IMG/VR virus record: IMGVR_UViG_3300021425_003021
Location: 41,491 to 105,490 of that record
Reading direction: 5' to 3' (one strand)
Length of the DNA: 64,000 bases
Source of the DNA: a virus
The stretch's first letter is position 1. Every line of letters begins with the position of its first letter. The position numbers and the translations under genes were made by a program. Of the stretch, positions 10,127-20,144 are shown piece by piece. The notes under the pieces were generated by a model, which searched no databases, had not been told where the DNA came from, and worked only from the letters and a program-made list of their open reading frames with translations.

Positions 10127-10958
10127 TTTTACTATGTTGGCGCAAAATACAGATATTGATTACGTCCAACAAGCCTATGTAAATGCTATGAGTATACGTT
10201 CTACAAATGACGATGTAAAAATTTGTTTAGTAACTAATGACAATGTTCCAGACAAATATAAACAAGTATTTGATGATATTGTGGAGATTCCTTGGGGAGA
10301 TCATGCCAAAGAATCAGATTGGAAAATTGAAAATAGATGGAAAATTTATCACGCAACTCCGTATGACGAAACAGTTGTAATGGATACGGATATGTTGGTA
10401 TTACAGGATATAAGTAGTTGGTTTGATTTTTTAAGAAATTATGATTTGTTTTTTACAAGTAATGTGTATACATATAGAAACGAATTAGTTACCAATAATT
10501 ATTACAGACATAGTTTTGTAAAAAACACTTTACCTAGTTTGTACAGTGGATTTCATTATTTTAAAAAATCAGATATTCCTCACGAATTTTATTCATGGTT
10601 AGAAATGATTACAAACAATTGGCAAAAATTTTATAGACAACACGCAGGCGGAAGATTATATCAAAAAAAATGCAGTATAGATTTATCTGCTGCAATATCT
10701 ATAAAAATTATGAACGTAGAAAATCAAGTGACAAATCCAAGAGTTAAATATCCAAGTTTTGTGCATATGAAACCAAGAATACAAAACTGGACTAACAGTG
10801 TTGTTGACAGATGGCAAGATCGTGTAGGAACATATTTAGGCGAAGACCTGCAACTAAAAATAGGAAATTTTACACAGAATGGAATATTTCATTATACGGA
10901 AGATGATTTTGTGTCTGACAGAATAATTAAAATTTATGAAAAGCATTTAGGAATATGA
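10116..10958 (+). CDS. GT-A fold glycosyltransferase-like protein
   Basis: TPYDETVVMDTDML DxD motif, YSGFHYFKK, FVHMKP. Confidence 0.65.
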   Translation: MSNNFTMLAQNTDIDYVQQAYVNAMSIRSTNDDVKICLVTNDNVPDKYKQVFDDIVEIPWGDHAKESDWKIENRWKIYHATPYDETVVMDTDMLVLQDISSWFDFLRNYDLFFTSNVYTYRNELVTNNYYRHSFVKNTLPSLYSGFHYFKKSDIPHEFYSWLEMITNNWQKFYRQHAGGRLYQKKCSIDLSAAISIKIMNVENQVTNPRVKYPSFVHMKPRIQNWTNSVVDRWQDRVGTYLGEDLQLKIGNFTQNGIFHYTEDDFVSDRIIKIYEKHLGI

Positions 10959-11515
10959 TAAAAGTAACACTTAACACTGATAGATATATTTGTTTTGATG
11001 AAAATGGCGATATTGATAAAATTGCTCGCAAACCAGATGAAAACTTTGAAAATCTTTTAGTAGATTTTGAAGAAGTACGGAAGTTTGCTGAAGGAAAAGA
11101 AACATTACGTGACTATAAAGTTGAATATGATTTTATAGAAAAAAAATATGTGTTTAAAAGTAAACAACAATATCATGATAGTTTTAACACACAAAACTTT
11201 GTGTATGAAATACCTCAAGATCAAGAATCTTTTGAAGTAAAAATTAAACAAAACAATATCGATAAATGTTGGGAACTAGAACTAGACAACGAGTTTGAAA
11301 ATTACATCAAATCACAAAATATTTCAATTAATCCTAGTCATCAAGTATACAGTGTAACAAAACTTTATGATCCGAATGTTTTGTATAAAACTTTAGACTT
11401 TACTAATAAAAATAAAATACCTTTTGATAGTAAGTTTGAATTTGACAAAGTTAATGTTAGCCTTTATACTATAAGAAAGTTTTCTACATATTATCATGAG
11501 GTTGTAAATGGCTAA
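10955..11515 (+). CDS. hypothetical protein
   Basis: 186 aa ORF overlapping both neighbours. No recognisable motif. Confidence 0.55.
   Translation: MIKVTLNTDRYICFDENGDIDKIARKPDENFENLLVDFEEVRKFAEGKETLRDYKVEYDFIEKKYVFKSKQQYHDSFNTQNFVYEIPQDQESFEVKIKQNNIDKCWELELDNEFENYIKSQNISINPSHQVYSVTKLYDPNVLYKTLDFTNKNKIPFDSKFEFDKVNVSLYTIRKFSTYYHEVVNG
11442..11470 (+). promoter_or_regulatory. internal sigma70-type promoter TTGACA-N17-TATACT
   Basis: TTGACA 11442-11447 and TATACT 11465-11470, upstream of a GAGG SD and ATG 11508. Confidence 0.6.
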
Positions 11516-12422
11516 TACATTCCGTGTTATTGACTATGATATTGTATATCTTAGTTATGACGAACCAAACGCAGAAAAAAATTACGCAGATCTGTGTAAA
11601 AAAGTTCCTTGGGCAAAGCGTGTACACGGTGTAGAAGGTAGTGACAGCGCACATAAAGCCTGTGCTGAACTGAGCGAAACTGACAGATTTATCACAGTTG
11701 ATGGCGATAATTGCATACGTGATGACTTTTTATCACAGTCGATAAATTTTGAGGAAAATTTAGATTTAACAGATAAAGTGATTAGTTGGACTGCAATGAA
11801 TCAAATTAATGGCCTAACATACGGAAACGGTGGCATTAAATGCTGGCCTAAAGAATACGTGTTGAATATGCGTACACACGAAAATGCTCCAGTAGACAAT
11901 CCACACGCACAAGTAGACTTTTGTTGGAACACCGAATACGTACAAATGGAAGGTACTTTTAGTGATATTTATAACAATGCTACTCCGCATCAAGCGTGGC
12001 GTGCTGGTTTCCGCGAAGGTGTTAAAATGGCACTAGACAGAGGCGAGCGTGTAAGCATCGAAGACTTTAATAAAAATCATTGGAAGAACCTGCATCGTTT
12101 GTATATCTGGTTAATGGTAGGTGCTGATGTAGAAAACGGACGCTGGGCAATACACGGTGCAAGAGAAGGTTTATACAAAACAATGTGTACAGACTGGGAC
12201 TTTGTTAACGTAAGAGATTTTGAATGGTTAAACAATTATTGGGATAATAAAGATATTGCTGATATTGACGAACAAACAGAAGATCTAGGAGATAAGTTAA
12301 TAAATGAATTAAATCTGCCAATAGCAGTCGAATGTTTAAATGCTGATCAAAGTGCATTTTTTAAAAGTGTATATAGAAATCCAGTAAGAGATAACAGTAA
12401 ACAATTTTTAGCTAGAGAGTAA
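11508..12422 (+). CDS. glycosyltransferase-like protein (GT-A, DGD motif)
   Basis: DIVYLSYDEP...RVHGVEG...AH...FITVDGDN...YGNGGIK...AWRAGFRE. Homologous to the C-terminal domain of 15888..17831. Confidence 0.6.
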   Translation: MANTFRVIDYDIVYLSYDEPNAEKNYADLCKKVPWAKRVHGVEGSDSAHKACAELSETDRFITVDGDNCIRDDFLSQSINFEENLDLTDKVISWTAMNQINGLTYGNGGIKCWPKEYVLNMRTHENAPVDNPHAQVDFCWNTEYVQMEGTFSDIYNNATPHQAWRAGFREGVKMALDRGERVSIEDFNKNHWKNLHRLYIWLMVGADVENGRWAIHGAREGLYKTMCTDWDFVNVRDFEWLNNYWDNKDIADIDEQTEDLGDKLINELNLPIAVECLNADQSAFFKSVYRNPVRDNSKQFLARE

Positions 12423-12423
12423 A

Positions 12424-13797
12424 ATGGAACGTAGCGAAAGCGAAGAAATTAAACGTATTGATACTATTACACAGGAAATATCTCCTACGTTTTGTTTTGC
12501 AAAGTGGTATCACGCAAATATATATTTTCAAACAGGCGAAACACATAGTTGTTATCATCCTGCACCGCACAAGATTGATACAGCACCCTTGTTAGAAAAC
12601 CCAAGTGCTATACATAATACAGCACAAAAGAAACAAGAACGTGCTGCTATGATGCGTGGTGAACAACCTGCTGGTTGCAACTACTGCTGGAAAATTGAAG
12701 CAATGGGCAAAGATTATGTTAGTGATCGCAAACAACGTAATCAAACTATTTTCTTTAAACACAGATTGGCAGCAGTAAAAGAAGGCGGTGCAGAGTTTGA
12801 CGTAAATCCAGAATACTTGGAAGTATCATTTGGCAACGAATGTAACTTTAGATGCGGATATTGTCATCCAAAAGCCAGTAGTAGATATTATCAAGAAATT
12901 AAACAGCATGGTCCGTACACAAACGTAAAAAATCATAGATGCGATATTGACTGGTTTCAAATATTTGAAGAAGAAAACAATCCTTATTTAGATGCATTTT
13001 GGCGTTGGTGGCCTGAGCTTAGTAAAGAGCTACACATACTGCGTATTACAGGCGGTGAGCCTACAATACAAAAAAGTACATACAAACTGTTTGATATGTT
13101 GGACGCAGATCCAAAGCCAGAACTAGAATTAAACTGTAATAGTAACTTAGGTGGCAAACCAAAGCAGTTGGAAAAGTTTACTAATCGTGTAAATGACTTG
13201 TTAACAAACAATAAGATTAGACGCTTTAAAATGTTTACAAGTATTGATACTTGGGGTAAACGTGCAGAATATATCCGTGATGGATTAGACATTGAAACTT
13301 TTGAACGCAATTTGGATTACTTTATGCGTAATTGCGAAGCACCTATGGTGTTGATGATTACATTTAATATTTTTAGTGTTACAACATTCCGTACATTGTT
13401 AGAAAAAATCTTAGAATGGCGTGCCAAGTACAATGATGTAGAAACACATAGATGGCAGCGTTTGGGTTTTGATACACCACACCTTAAAGAGCCGCTACAA
13501 TACGATATGAATATTCTTCCAAAAGAATATATGAGTTATATGCACGATCACTTACAGTTTATAAAAGAAAACGTAGATGATAATCGCAAAGATGCATTCA
13601 GCACTATTGAGTATGAAAAGTTTAGACGTGTTGTTGATTATATGGAAACTACAGAATATCCATTAGAAAAAGTAATCCAAGGTAGGCAAGATTTTCACAA
13701 CTTTTTTGCAGAACAAGGCCGCCGTCGTGGAGTTAATCACGAAGAAGTTTTTCCTGAAATGACAGATTTTTTTGATTTATGTAAAAAATATGTTTGA
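12424..13797 (+). CDS. radical SAM protein with N-terminal twitch-like Cys domain
   Basis: CNFRCGYC (CX3CX2C) and TGGEP. N-terminal FCFAKW...SCYH...CNYC. Confidence 0.85.
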   Translation: MERSESEEIKRIDTITQEISPTFCFAKWYHANIYFQTGETHSCYHPAPHKIDTAPLLENPSAIHNTAQKKQERAAMMRGEQPAGCNYCWKIEAMGKDYVSDRKQRNQTIFFKHRLAAVKEGGAEFDVNPEYLEVSFGNECNFRCGYCHPKASSRYYQEIKQHGPYTNVKNHRCDIDWFQIFEEENNPYLDAFWRWWPELSKELHILRITGGEPTIQKSTYKLFDMLDADPKPELELNCNSNLGGKPKQLEKFTNRVNDLLTNNKIRRFKMFTSIDTWGKRAEYIRDGLDIETFERNLDYFMRNCEAPMVLMITFNIFSVTTFRTLLEKILEWRAKYNDVETHRWQRLGFDTPHLKEPLQYDMNILPKEYMSYMHDHLQFIKENVDDNRKDAFSTIEYEKFRRVVDYMETTEYPLEKVIQGRQDFHNFFAEQGRRRGVNHEEVFPEMTDFFDLCKKYV

Positions 13798-14383
13798 ATT
13801 AAAATTATACAATAACGATATAGATTTATCTGATTTTTACAAAGAAGCAGAAAAGAAAAAATTTTACAATAATAGTAGTCAAGAAATGCTTATCGATTAC
13901 ATCAGTAAATATGAAGATGCTAAACTATGGTTATTATTATATGATAAAAAGGTAGTAGGCACTGTTGTTGCACACAGGTTGCGTGAATTAGGAATACTAG
14001 GAAAAGATGCATATAGAATAGGTGCTAGGACCTGTGTCCTCACTCATTTAATCGGCAAACAAAGAGTAAAGAGTTTAAAAGGAAAAACTGATATTCATTA
14101 TTCTCACGCATCTCAATTTTTATTACCTGCTTGTATTGAAGGCGTTGGCAAAGACAAACCTTTATATCTTAGTACACATACAGGAAATATAGGTAGCCAA
14201 AATAAAGTGCATAATTTTTGGGCAAAACATTTTCATATTGCAGGAGTGCTCGAAAATCCTATAGAACTCGAATACAGGGGCAGTTTTCAAACATTTTGGA
14301 AAGTTAATGTTGACAAATTTTATGAGACATTAAGACTATCTAGATGGTCTGAAGCAGAAGATGTTATACCAATTTTAGTTTAA
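13790..14383 (+). CDS. GNAT-like protein (uncertain)
   Basis: ATG 13790 preferred. The LWLL...VVGTVVAH...AYRIGARTCVL pattern parallels 46754..47413. Confidence 0.4.
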   Translation: MFELKLYNNDIDLSDFYKEAEKKKFYNNSSQEMLIDYISKYEDAKLWLLLYDKKVVGTVVAHRLRELGILGKDAYRIGARTCVLTHLIGKQRVKSLKGKTDIHYSHASQFLLPACIEGVGKDKPLYLSTHTGNIGSQNKVHNFWAKHFHIAGVLENPIELEYRGSFQTFWKVNVDKFYETLRLSRWSEAEDVIPILV

Positions 14384-15820
14384 ATTTACCCAGTTACTAC
14401 CGTCATAACCTTGGAATTTTCTTGTAGAAGTGTTAAAAATAATCATTCCTTCTTCGGCAGAAACGTCGGTTAAATCTGCTTCGGTATGTCCTTTTGCTTT
14501 AAATATAGGAACAGATAATACGCCTGCACCGTTGAAATTTAAGCCTGTTGGATTATCCCAAAATGCACTAGGTAGGTTTCTGCCGTCGCTTAGAGTAATT
14601 GCAAAGTCTGTTGGATAAATTTCTAAATCTGGATCTGGTTCAATTTCTGTATTAGCATAGAATCCCATACCGCCACCAATCTTATATGCAATACCGTCAT
14701 ATGCGTGAGTAGTAAATACTGCCATATGATCGCCAGGATTAAGAGGTAGTTTATTTTCGTGATCGCCGTTAAATGCAAAATAATTAATCTGTCCAAGATT
14801 TGATGTGTTAACCGGATTTGATTGTAATTTAAAACTTATGTTATCTGCATAAACTTCTAGTGTTTCGGTTGCATTGTATCCAATATTAATTTCACCAGTT
14901 GCACCACCTTCTAATCTTACCTGACCTTCGTTTACAGTCAGCACAGGTTGGTCTTCACCGGCAAACACTTCGCCTATTACGTTACCCATAAATGTTGCAA
15001 GTACACTAGGTTTGTCTGTGCCTTCCCATCTAGATAGTTCTAGTACAGGTGTGGCATCAAAATATTCAATGTTTCCTCTGAAACTTGTTTCTTGGTCATT
15101 GTTTGTAAATTTTAGTATAGGTGCATGAGAATCTGGATGTTCTATACCTGATCTAAACACGTGATGTTCTAGTGTTTCATTCCAAGTAAGCACAGGTTCG
15201 TTATTGTCTGGTCTAACTATACTACCTTTTAAATCGCCGTGTAAAACACCGCTACTACCTTCTAAAATCATATCGCCATTTTCGGTGACAATATCTCCTG
15301 TTAAATTACCAACAACATTGCCTTGTACATTTCCTAAATGTAATCCTGTACTGTTACCAGTCAGATCTCCTGCAAAACTACCTGTGATAGTTCCTACTAA
15401 GTTTACTTCGCCGTTGTGTGTACCATACACATCACCTACAATTCGATCTACAATTAGTGTGCTTGTTCCTGCATCGTAAATTATGTCACCTACACTGTTT
15501 ACAATATTGCCTTCTAAATTGCCTTTTAATAAACTACGATTTACATCTACTATTACATTGTTATTAGTGTCCTTAACATTACCTACAACATCCATATGTA
15601 CTGTTCTACTATCAGAATTGAACAAAATGTCGCCTTCGTCGTTTTCAATATTACCTATAAGTGGCCCGTATAGCTTTCCAAATGTAGTATCAACTTGAAT
15701 AACACCATCTCTGTTTACAACATTTGCTTTAATTTGGCTAAGCCAACTATCTATAATAAGTGTGCTATCAGCACCAACAATATCAATGCGATACGAATCA
15801 CCTGGTATAAAATCAGTCAT
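14375..15820 (-). CDS. fibre-like virion protein (GxxxG repeats)
   Basis: Repeated G-N/D-V/L-x-G motifs. C-terminus GMIIFNTSTRKFQGYDGSNWVNLN matches the end of 53080..54993. GGAG SD and late motif upstream. Confidence 0.65.
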   Translation of the reverse strand: MTDFIPGDSYRIDIVGADSTLIIDSWLSQIKANVVNRDGVIQVDTTFGKLYGPLIGNIENDEGDILFNSDSRTVHMDVVGNVKDTNNNVIVDVNRSLLKGNLEGNIVNSVGDIIYDAGTSTLIVDRIVGDVYGTHNGEVNLVGTITGSFAGDLTGNSTGLHLGNVQGNVVGNLTGDIVTENGDMILEGSSGVLHGDLKGSIVRPDNNEPVLTWNETLEHHVFRSGIEHPDSHAPILKFTNNDQETSFRGNIEYFDATPVLELSRWEGTDKPSVLATFMGNVIGEVFAGEDQPVLTVNEGQVRLEGGATGEINIGYNATETLEVYADNISFKLQSNPVNTSNLGQINYFAFNGDHENKLPLNPGDHMAVFTTHAYDGIAYKIGGGMGFYANTEIEPDPDLEIYPTDFAITLSDGRNLPSAFWDNPTGLNFNGAGVLSVPIFKAKGHTEADLTDVSAEEGMIIFNTSTRKFQGYDGSNWVNLN

Positions 15821-15838
15821 ACTTTTTCTCCTACAGAG

Positions 15839-15845
15839 TATTTAT
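15839..15845 (-). promoter_or_regulatory. T4-late-like promoter motif ATAAATA
   Basis: TATTTAT on the + strand, upstream of the SD of 14375..15820. Confidence 0.55.
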
Positions 15846-15852
15846 TCTAATA

Positions 15853-15881
15853 TTGACATAACTGCTAGTATTTAGTATAAT
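15853..15881 (+). promoter_or_regulatory. consensus sigma70 promoter TTGACA-N17-TATAAT (leaderless geometry)
   Basis: TTGACA 15853-15858 and TATAAT 15876-15881. ATG 15888 is only 6 nt downstream and has no SD. Confidence 0.8.
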
Positions 15882-15887
15882 TACTGT

Positions 15888-17831
15888 ATGTATGATGTTT
15901 ACTTAATTGCCAACAAAGATGTGTATTCACAAGAATACAAGGATCTTAAATCTAAAATACCGATGCTCAAGTGTGTTGATTCAATTGATCAAGCACAAAA
16001 AAGTTGTATTACTAAATTCTTTTGGGCAGTGTATCCAGACTTAGACATTTGTGAAGATTTCAATTTTGATTATGTACCTGATGATTGGAGTCAAGATTAT
16101 GTTCACGTATTTCTAAATGATAAAGAATATGACGGTATTAGTCTTATACCAAAAAAAGCAAAAATATCTCAAAAAGAAATTGATTATAGATTTTTTGTAA
16201 ATAAAAAATTTATTGAAATTGTAGCCAGTAATCCAAAACCTTATGATTATTTTGAAATAGATAACTATGAACAATACTGCGATGCATTAGAAAAAACAAA
16301 AACTCAAATGTTTTGGATGAGCAGTCCTAACATAAAAGTTAACGAAGTTGTTGATACTTTTTATATTTCTCACCACGAATCCTCTTTGAGACAACAAAAT
16401 CATGCTTTCATTCACAGGGTGGATGATGAAGATTATTATAATGGGTTGTTTTTATGCAGTAAAGATATGCCACTTACAGAAAAAGAAGTTGAACACAGAT
16501 TTCCTGTTGCAAGGAAAGAATGGGATATTGTAGCAAGTGGTCCTTGTAAGTATGATATATTTGAAATTAGTACATTTGAACAATATACAAAAGCTCTTGA
16601 AAATACTAAAACTGAAATGTTTTGGATGAGTAGTGCAAATATAGATGCAACAATACCCAATATTTACTTTACACACGATCAGAAATACAATAGACTGCGT
16701 AATCACGCATTTATACACAGAGTAAAAGGCGAAGATCATTACAACGGCTTGTTTTTATGTAGTAAATTAAAACCGTTATCAAAAAAAGAAGTTGATTACA
16801 GACACCCTGTTGATAGAAAAGAATGGGATATTGTAGGATCTACAGAAGCTAAATATCAAATATATTTTGTAGATTCGTATCAAGCATATTTAGATGCGTA
16901 TGACAGAGCTGATACAGAAATGTTTTATGTTGTTCCTGGACACGTAGATCTTTTAGATGACTTTGCATTTGACGATTATTACAATCACGAAAATGAATAT
17001 GATAGAAAAATTAATCACGTATTTTTAAATGGAGAATTCCACGATGGTGTAGTTTTGTGTAGTAAGCACAGTAAAATTAGTGCTAGAGAATGGCAGTTTA
17101 TGTTTATTCAACATAAAAAAGAACACAACAAATTAGTAAGTACTCCTAAACCGTACGATATGGTTTTCATAAGTTACGAAGAAACTAACGCTGATGAAAA
17201 CTACGAACTTATTTTACAAAGGTATCCACATTGTAAAAGAGTACACGGGGTAAAAGGAATTCATCAAGCTCATATAGAAGCTGCTAAACAATGTTCTACT
17301 CCTATGTTTTGGATTATCGATGGCGATGCACAAATCGAAGATGATTTTAATTTTGAATATCAGGTACCTGTATGGCAATGGGATCACGTACACGTTTGGC
17401 GCAGCAGAAATCCAGTAAATGGACTTGTATATGGCTATGGTGGTGTAAAGCTATTTCCTAGAGAATTAACCATTAATATGGATACAAACAAACCAGATAT
17501 GACTACAAGTATTAGCTCTAAGTTTAGGGCAGTACAAAAAGTTAGTAATGTTACAGCCTTTAATGTTGGTGAATTTGAAACCTGGAAAAGTGCTTTTAGA
17601 GAATGTTGTAAGTTAAGCAGTAAAGTAATTGACAGACAAAAAGATGTCGAAACTGATAGAAGATTGAAAATATGGTCATCTATTGGACGTGATAAACCGT
17701 TTGGAGAGTTTGCGATCAGAGGTGCTAAAGAAGGCACTATGTACGGCACTGCTAATAAAGGAAATATCGAGGCTTTGAAAAAAATAAATGATTTTGATTG
17801 GTTAAAGGAAGTTTACAATGGAAATCTATAA
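15888..17831 (+). CDS. multi-module glycosyltransferase-like protein (4 degenerate ~100-aa modules plus a C-terminal GT domain)
   Basis: Repeats YD.FEI..Y..ALE.TKT.MFW...NHAFIHRV...YNGLFLCSK...RKEWDIV. C-terminal YDMVFISYEE...RVHGVKG..AH...WIIDGDA...YGYGGVKL...WKSAFRE. Confidence 0.65.
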   Translation: MYDVYLIANKDVYSQEYKDLKSKIPMLKCVDSIDQAQKSCITKFFWAVYPDLDICEDFNFDYVPDDWSQDYVHVFLNDKEYDGISLIPKKAKISQKEIDYRFFVNKKFIEIVASNPKPYDYFEIDNYEQYCDALEKTKTQMFWMSSPNIKVNEVVDTFYISHHESSLRQQNHAFIHRVDDEDYYNGLFLCSKDMPLTEKEVEHRFPVARKEWDIVASGPCKYDIFEISTFEQYTKALENTKTEMFWMSSANIDATIPNIYFTHDQKYNRLRNHAFIHRVKGEDHYNGLFLCSKLKPLSKKEVDYRHPVDRKEWDIVGSTEAKYQIYFVDSYQAYLDAYDRADTEMFYVVPGHVDLLDDFAFDDYYNHENEYDRKINHVFLNGEFHDGVVLCSKHSKISAREWQFMFIQHKKEHNKLVSTPKPYDMVFISYEETNADENYELILQRYPHCKRVHGVKGIHQAHIEAAKQCSTPMFWIIDGDAQIEDDFNFEYQVPVWQWDHVHVWRSRNPVNGLVYGYGGVKLFPRELTINMDTNKPDMTTSISSKFRAVQKVSNVTAFNVGEFETWKSAFRECCKLSSKVIDRQKDVETDRRLKIWSSIGRDKPFGEFAIRGAKEGTMYGTANKGNIEALKKINDFDWLKEVYNGNL

Positions 17832-18864
17832 ACTGCTAGATAGGTTTGAGTTATTATATAAAAATGATGATCAATTAGCTGATTTACGCAGAGCATATAT
17901 AGATCAAGATTTGACAAGCATATTTAAATTGTCAAATAGTAGCGAAGATCTACGTAAAGCAATTATGGAAGAAAATTGGCACAGTATTTTCCGTATTATT
18001 GACAATAAAAGAATTATTGGAGAAATTGACGATTTACGAAAAGCAATACTTGAAGAAAACTTGCATAGTCTTTTTAGACTTTTACCAGGTACTGACGATT
18101 TAAGAAAAGCTGTGCTTGATAAAAACATCCACAGTATTTTTAGATTAGTTGATAACAAAGATCTCAAAGGTTTAGTTTTAAACGACAATTATTACGACTT
18201 ATGGAGAATATTAGACAAGTATACTCAAAGCCATTTTGTATATGCATTTAAAACACTGTTAGAAAACGAAATCGAATTTGACGAAGATTGTTTTAGTAGA
18301 GGGCAATTAGAAAGTAAACTTTGGTTAATAGAAGAACTTAAAAAAACAAGTATGAGTTTAGGAACAGTGTTTTTGTGTGCAGGGTGGTACGGAACACTTG
18401 CTACAATGATGTTTGAAAACAATTTAGATGTTATTAAAATTAGAAGTTTTGATGTTGATAAAACTTGTCCAACTATTGCAGAAATATTCAATAAAAAATG
18501 GGTAGTAGATGATTGGAAATTTAAAGCAAGTGTACAAGATATACATGATATAAATTTCAATGAAGAACACGTTTATCGTGTATATAAATCTAATGGCGAA
18601 GAAGAACTATTATGGGATTCGCCGGACACTATTATTAATACCAGTTCGGAGCACATACATAATTTTACAGAATGGTATAATAAAATACCCGATGGTAAAT
18701 TAGTTGTTATACAAGGCAACAATTATTTTGAAATTGAAGAACACGTAAATTGCAGTAAAGATTTAAAAGAGTTTAGCGATAAATCTCCAATGACAACAGT
18801 ATTATATGAAGGCGAATTAGAATTGCCAAAGTACAAAAGGTTTATGAAAATTGGATTTAAGTAA
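17818..18864 (+). CDS. class I SAM-dependent methyltransferase with N-terminal helical repeats
   Basis: VFLCAGWYG (motif I-like), SFDVD and DTIINTSSEH. Five DLRKA..E.N.HS.FR-type repeats at the N-terminus. Confidence 0.65.
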   Translation: MEIYKLLDRFELLYKNDDQLADLRRAYIDQDLTSIFKLSNSSEDLRKAIMEENWHSIFRIIDNKRIIGEIDDLRKAILEENLHSLFRLLPGTDDLRKAVLDKNIHSIFRLVDNKDLKGLVLNDNYYDLWRILDKYTQSHFVYAFKTLLENEIEFDEDCFSRGQLESKLWLIEELKKTSMSLGTVFLCAGWYGTLATMMFENNLDVIKIRSFDVDKTCPTIAEIFNKKWVVDDWKFKASVQDIHDINFNEEHVYRVYKSNGEEELLWDSPDTIINTSSEHIHNFTEWYNKIPDGKLVVIQGNNYFEIEEHVNCSKDLKEFSDKSPMTTVLYEGELELPKYKRFMKIGFK

Positions 18865-19075
18865 TTTAACTTTGAGAGAAATGCAAAAAGAAAGTGCTAG
18901 AGCGTTGAGTACTATGCAAGCAACCAACAACAACATTTGGCAATTTAATAAAAAAGCTCATCACAATAGTCAAAAATGGTATCTTGCCGTAATCGAATGG
19001 TACATAGAACAATATGGTGATTTACCTAGTAAAGCAGGTCCTGGCAAGGATGTTGAATTAGTTTATGATAGATAA
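18851..19075 (+). CDS. small hypothetical protein
   Basis: 74 aa, TTG start, overlaps both neighbours. Confidence 0.5.
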   Translation: MDLSNLTLREMQKESARALSTMQATNNNIWQFNKKAHHNSQKWYLAVIEWYIEQYGDLPSKAGPGKDVELVYDR

Positions 19076-20144
19076 AAATATAGTATTGTTGTTTGATGAT
19101 GTGCAAACGAAATACGGCAAATTAAATTTTGGTAATGAACATATAGACGAGCTGTATACTCAAATTGTATACAGCAAAAGGGATGACCCGGATCCTAAAA
19201 TTATTCCTATTTTTTACACACACCGGGAAGAAGAAAAATATGTAAACGAATGGATTGCAGATGTAATAAATTTTTTTAACAGGCATAAAGATTTTATAGA
19301 GCTAACTAACAACAAAATTGTTGTATGCGATTTGTTAGAATCTAATAGAACACTTGCAAAGTCTGTTGAAATTGTATCAAACTACGTCCAGAAAATAATT
19401 TATGTAGTAACACCTAACTACAAAGTTATATCAACTAATAAAGTAAAATTCTTACACAATCCTACATTTTACAAATTTTTATGGCCGATAAAAAATACCC
19501 TAAAGTACAAACCAAAAAAATTATATATAAATTTAAATAGGGCATATAGATATCATAGAGCTTTGCTCATAGATAATTTGTATGAACACAATTTATTAAA
19601 ATGTGGATATACAACATTTGGAGATGCTTATAATGATATAAATCAATATATAGAAGAAAATCCTAATAGCAATCTTGACAAAATTAAATTTGACATCTTA
19701 GACGAACCTGATTTAAAAAATGTAAATCCTGTTTACAAATATCCAGCCGAGTGTAAAAAAAGTTTTTTATTTCTCAACACAGAAACGTGGGTTGATAATG
19801 ACAGATTATTTTTAACTGAAAAATCTTTTAAGCCGGCAGGGATAGGTATGCCTTTTATAAATTTAGGAAACCCTGGTACATTAGCAAAAATGCGAGAGCT
19901 AGGTTTCTACACATTTAGCCCTTGGATAGACGAATCTTACGATTTAGATTTGCCATTACAACAAAGAATCGATATTGTAATTGAAAATTTAAAACGTCTA
20001 AGTCAACATACTGATAAAGAATTAATAAAAATTAGAAACCAAATGAATTATAGAATACAACATAACCACAGATTATATAATATTTTTTATAACAAAAATT
20101 TTACAAACGAAAACTTTCAACTTATTGTAAATGGAGCAGTATAA
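19065..20144 (+). CDS. glycosyltransferase-like protein (GT10/fucosyltransferase-like C-terminal motif)
   Basis: NLNR..R.HR...LNTET...FLTEKSFKP...PFI.LG..G.L..MRELGF.TF...IDESYD. Paralog of 47459..48520. Confidence 0.55.
   Translation: MIDKNIVLLFDDVQTKYGKLNFGNEHIDELYTQIVYSKRDDPDPKIIPIFYTHREEEKYVNEWIADVINFFNRHKDFIELTNNKIVVCDLLESNRTLAKSVEIVSNYVQKIIYVVTPNYKVISTNKVKFLHNPTFYKFLWPIKNTLKYKPKKLYINLNRAYRYHRALLIDNLYEHNLLKCGYTTFGDAYNDINQYIEENPNSNLDKIKFDILDEPDLKNVNPVYKYPAECKKSFLFLNTETWVDNDRLFLTEKSFKPAGIGMPFINLGNPGTLAKMRELGFYTFSPWIDESYDLDLPLQQRIDIVIENLKRLSQHTDKELIKIRNQMNYRIQHNHRLYNIFYNKNFTNENFQLIVNGAV

Noticed and set aside
18851-19075. 74-aa ORF as a RiPP precursor for the radical SAM enzymes
   Set aside because: No leader/core pattern or repeated core, no recognisable RRE/PqqD domain, and no transporter in the island. 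A RiPP reading is unsupported, though not excluded.
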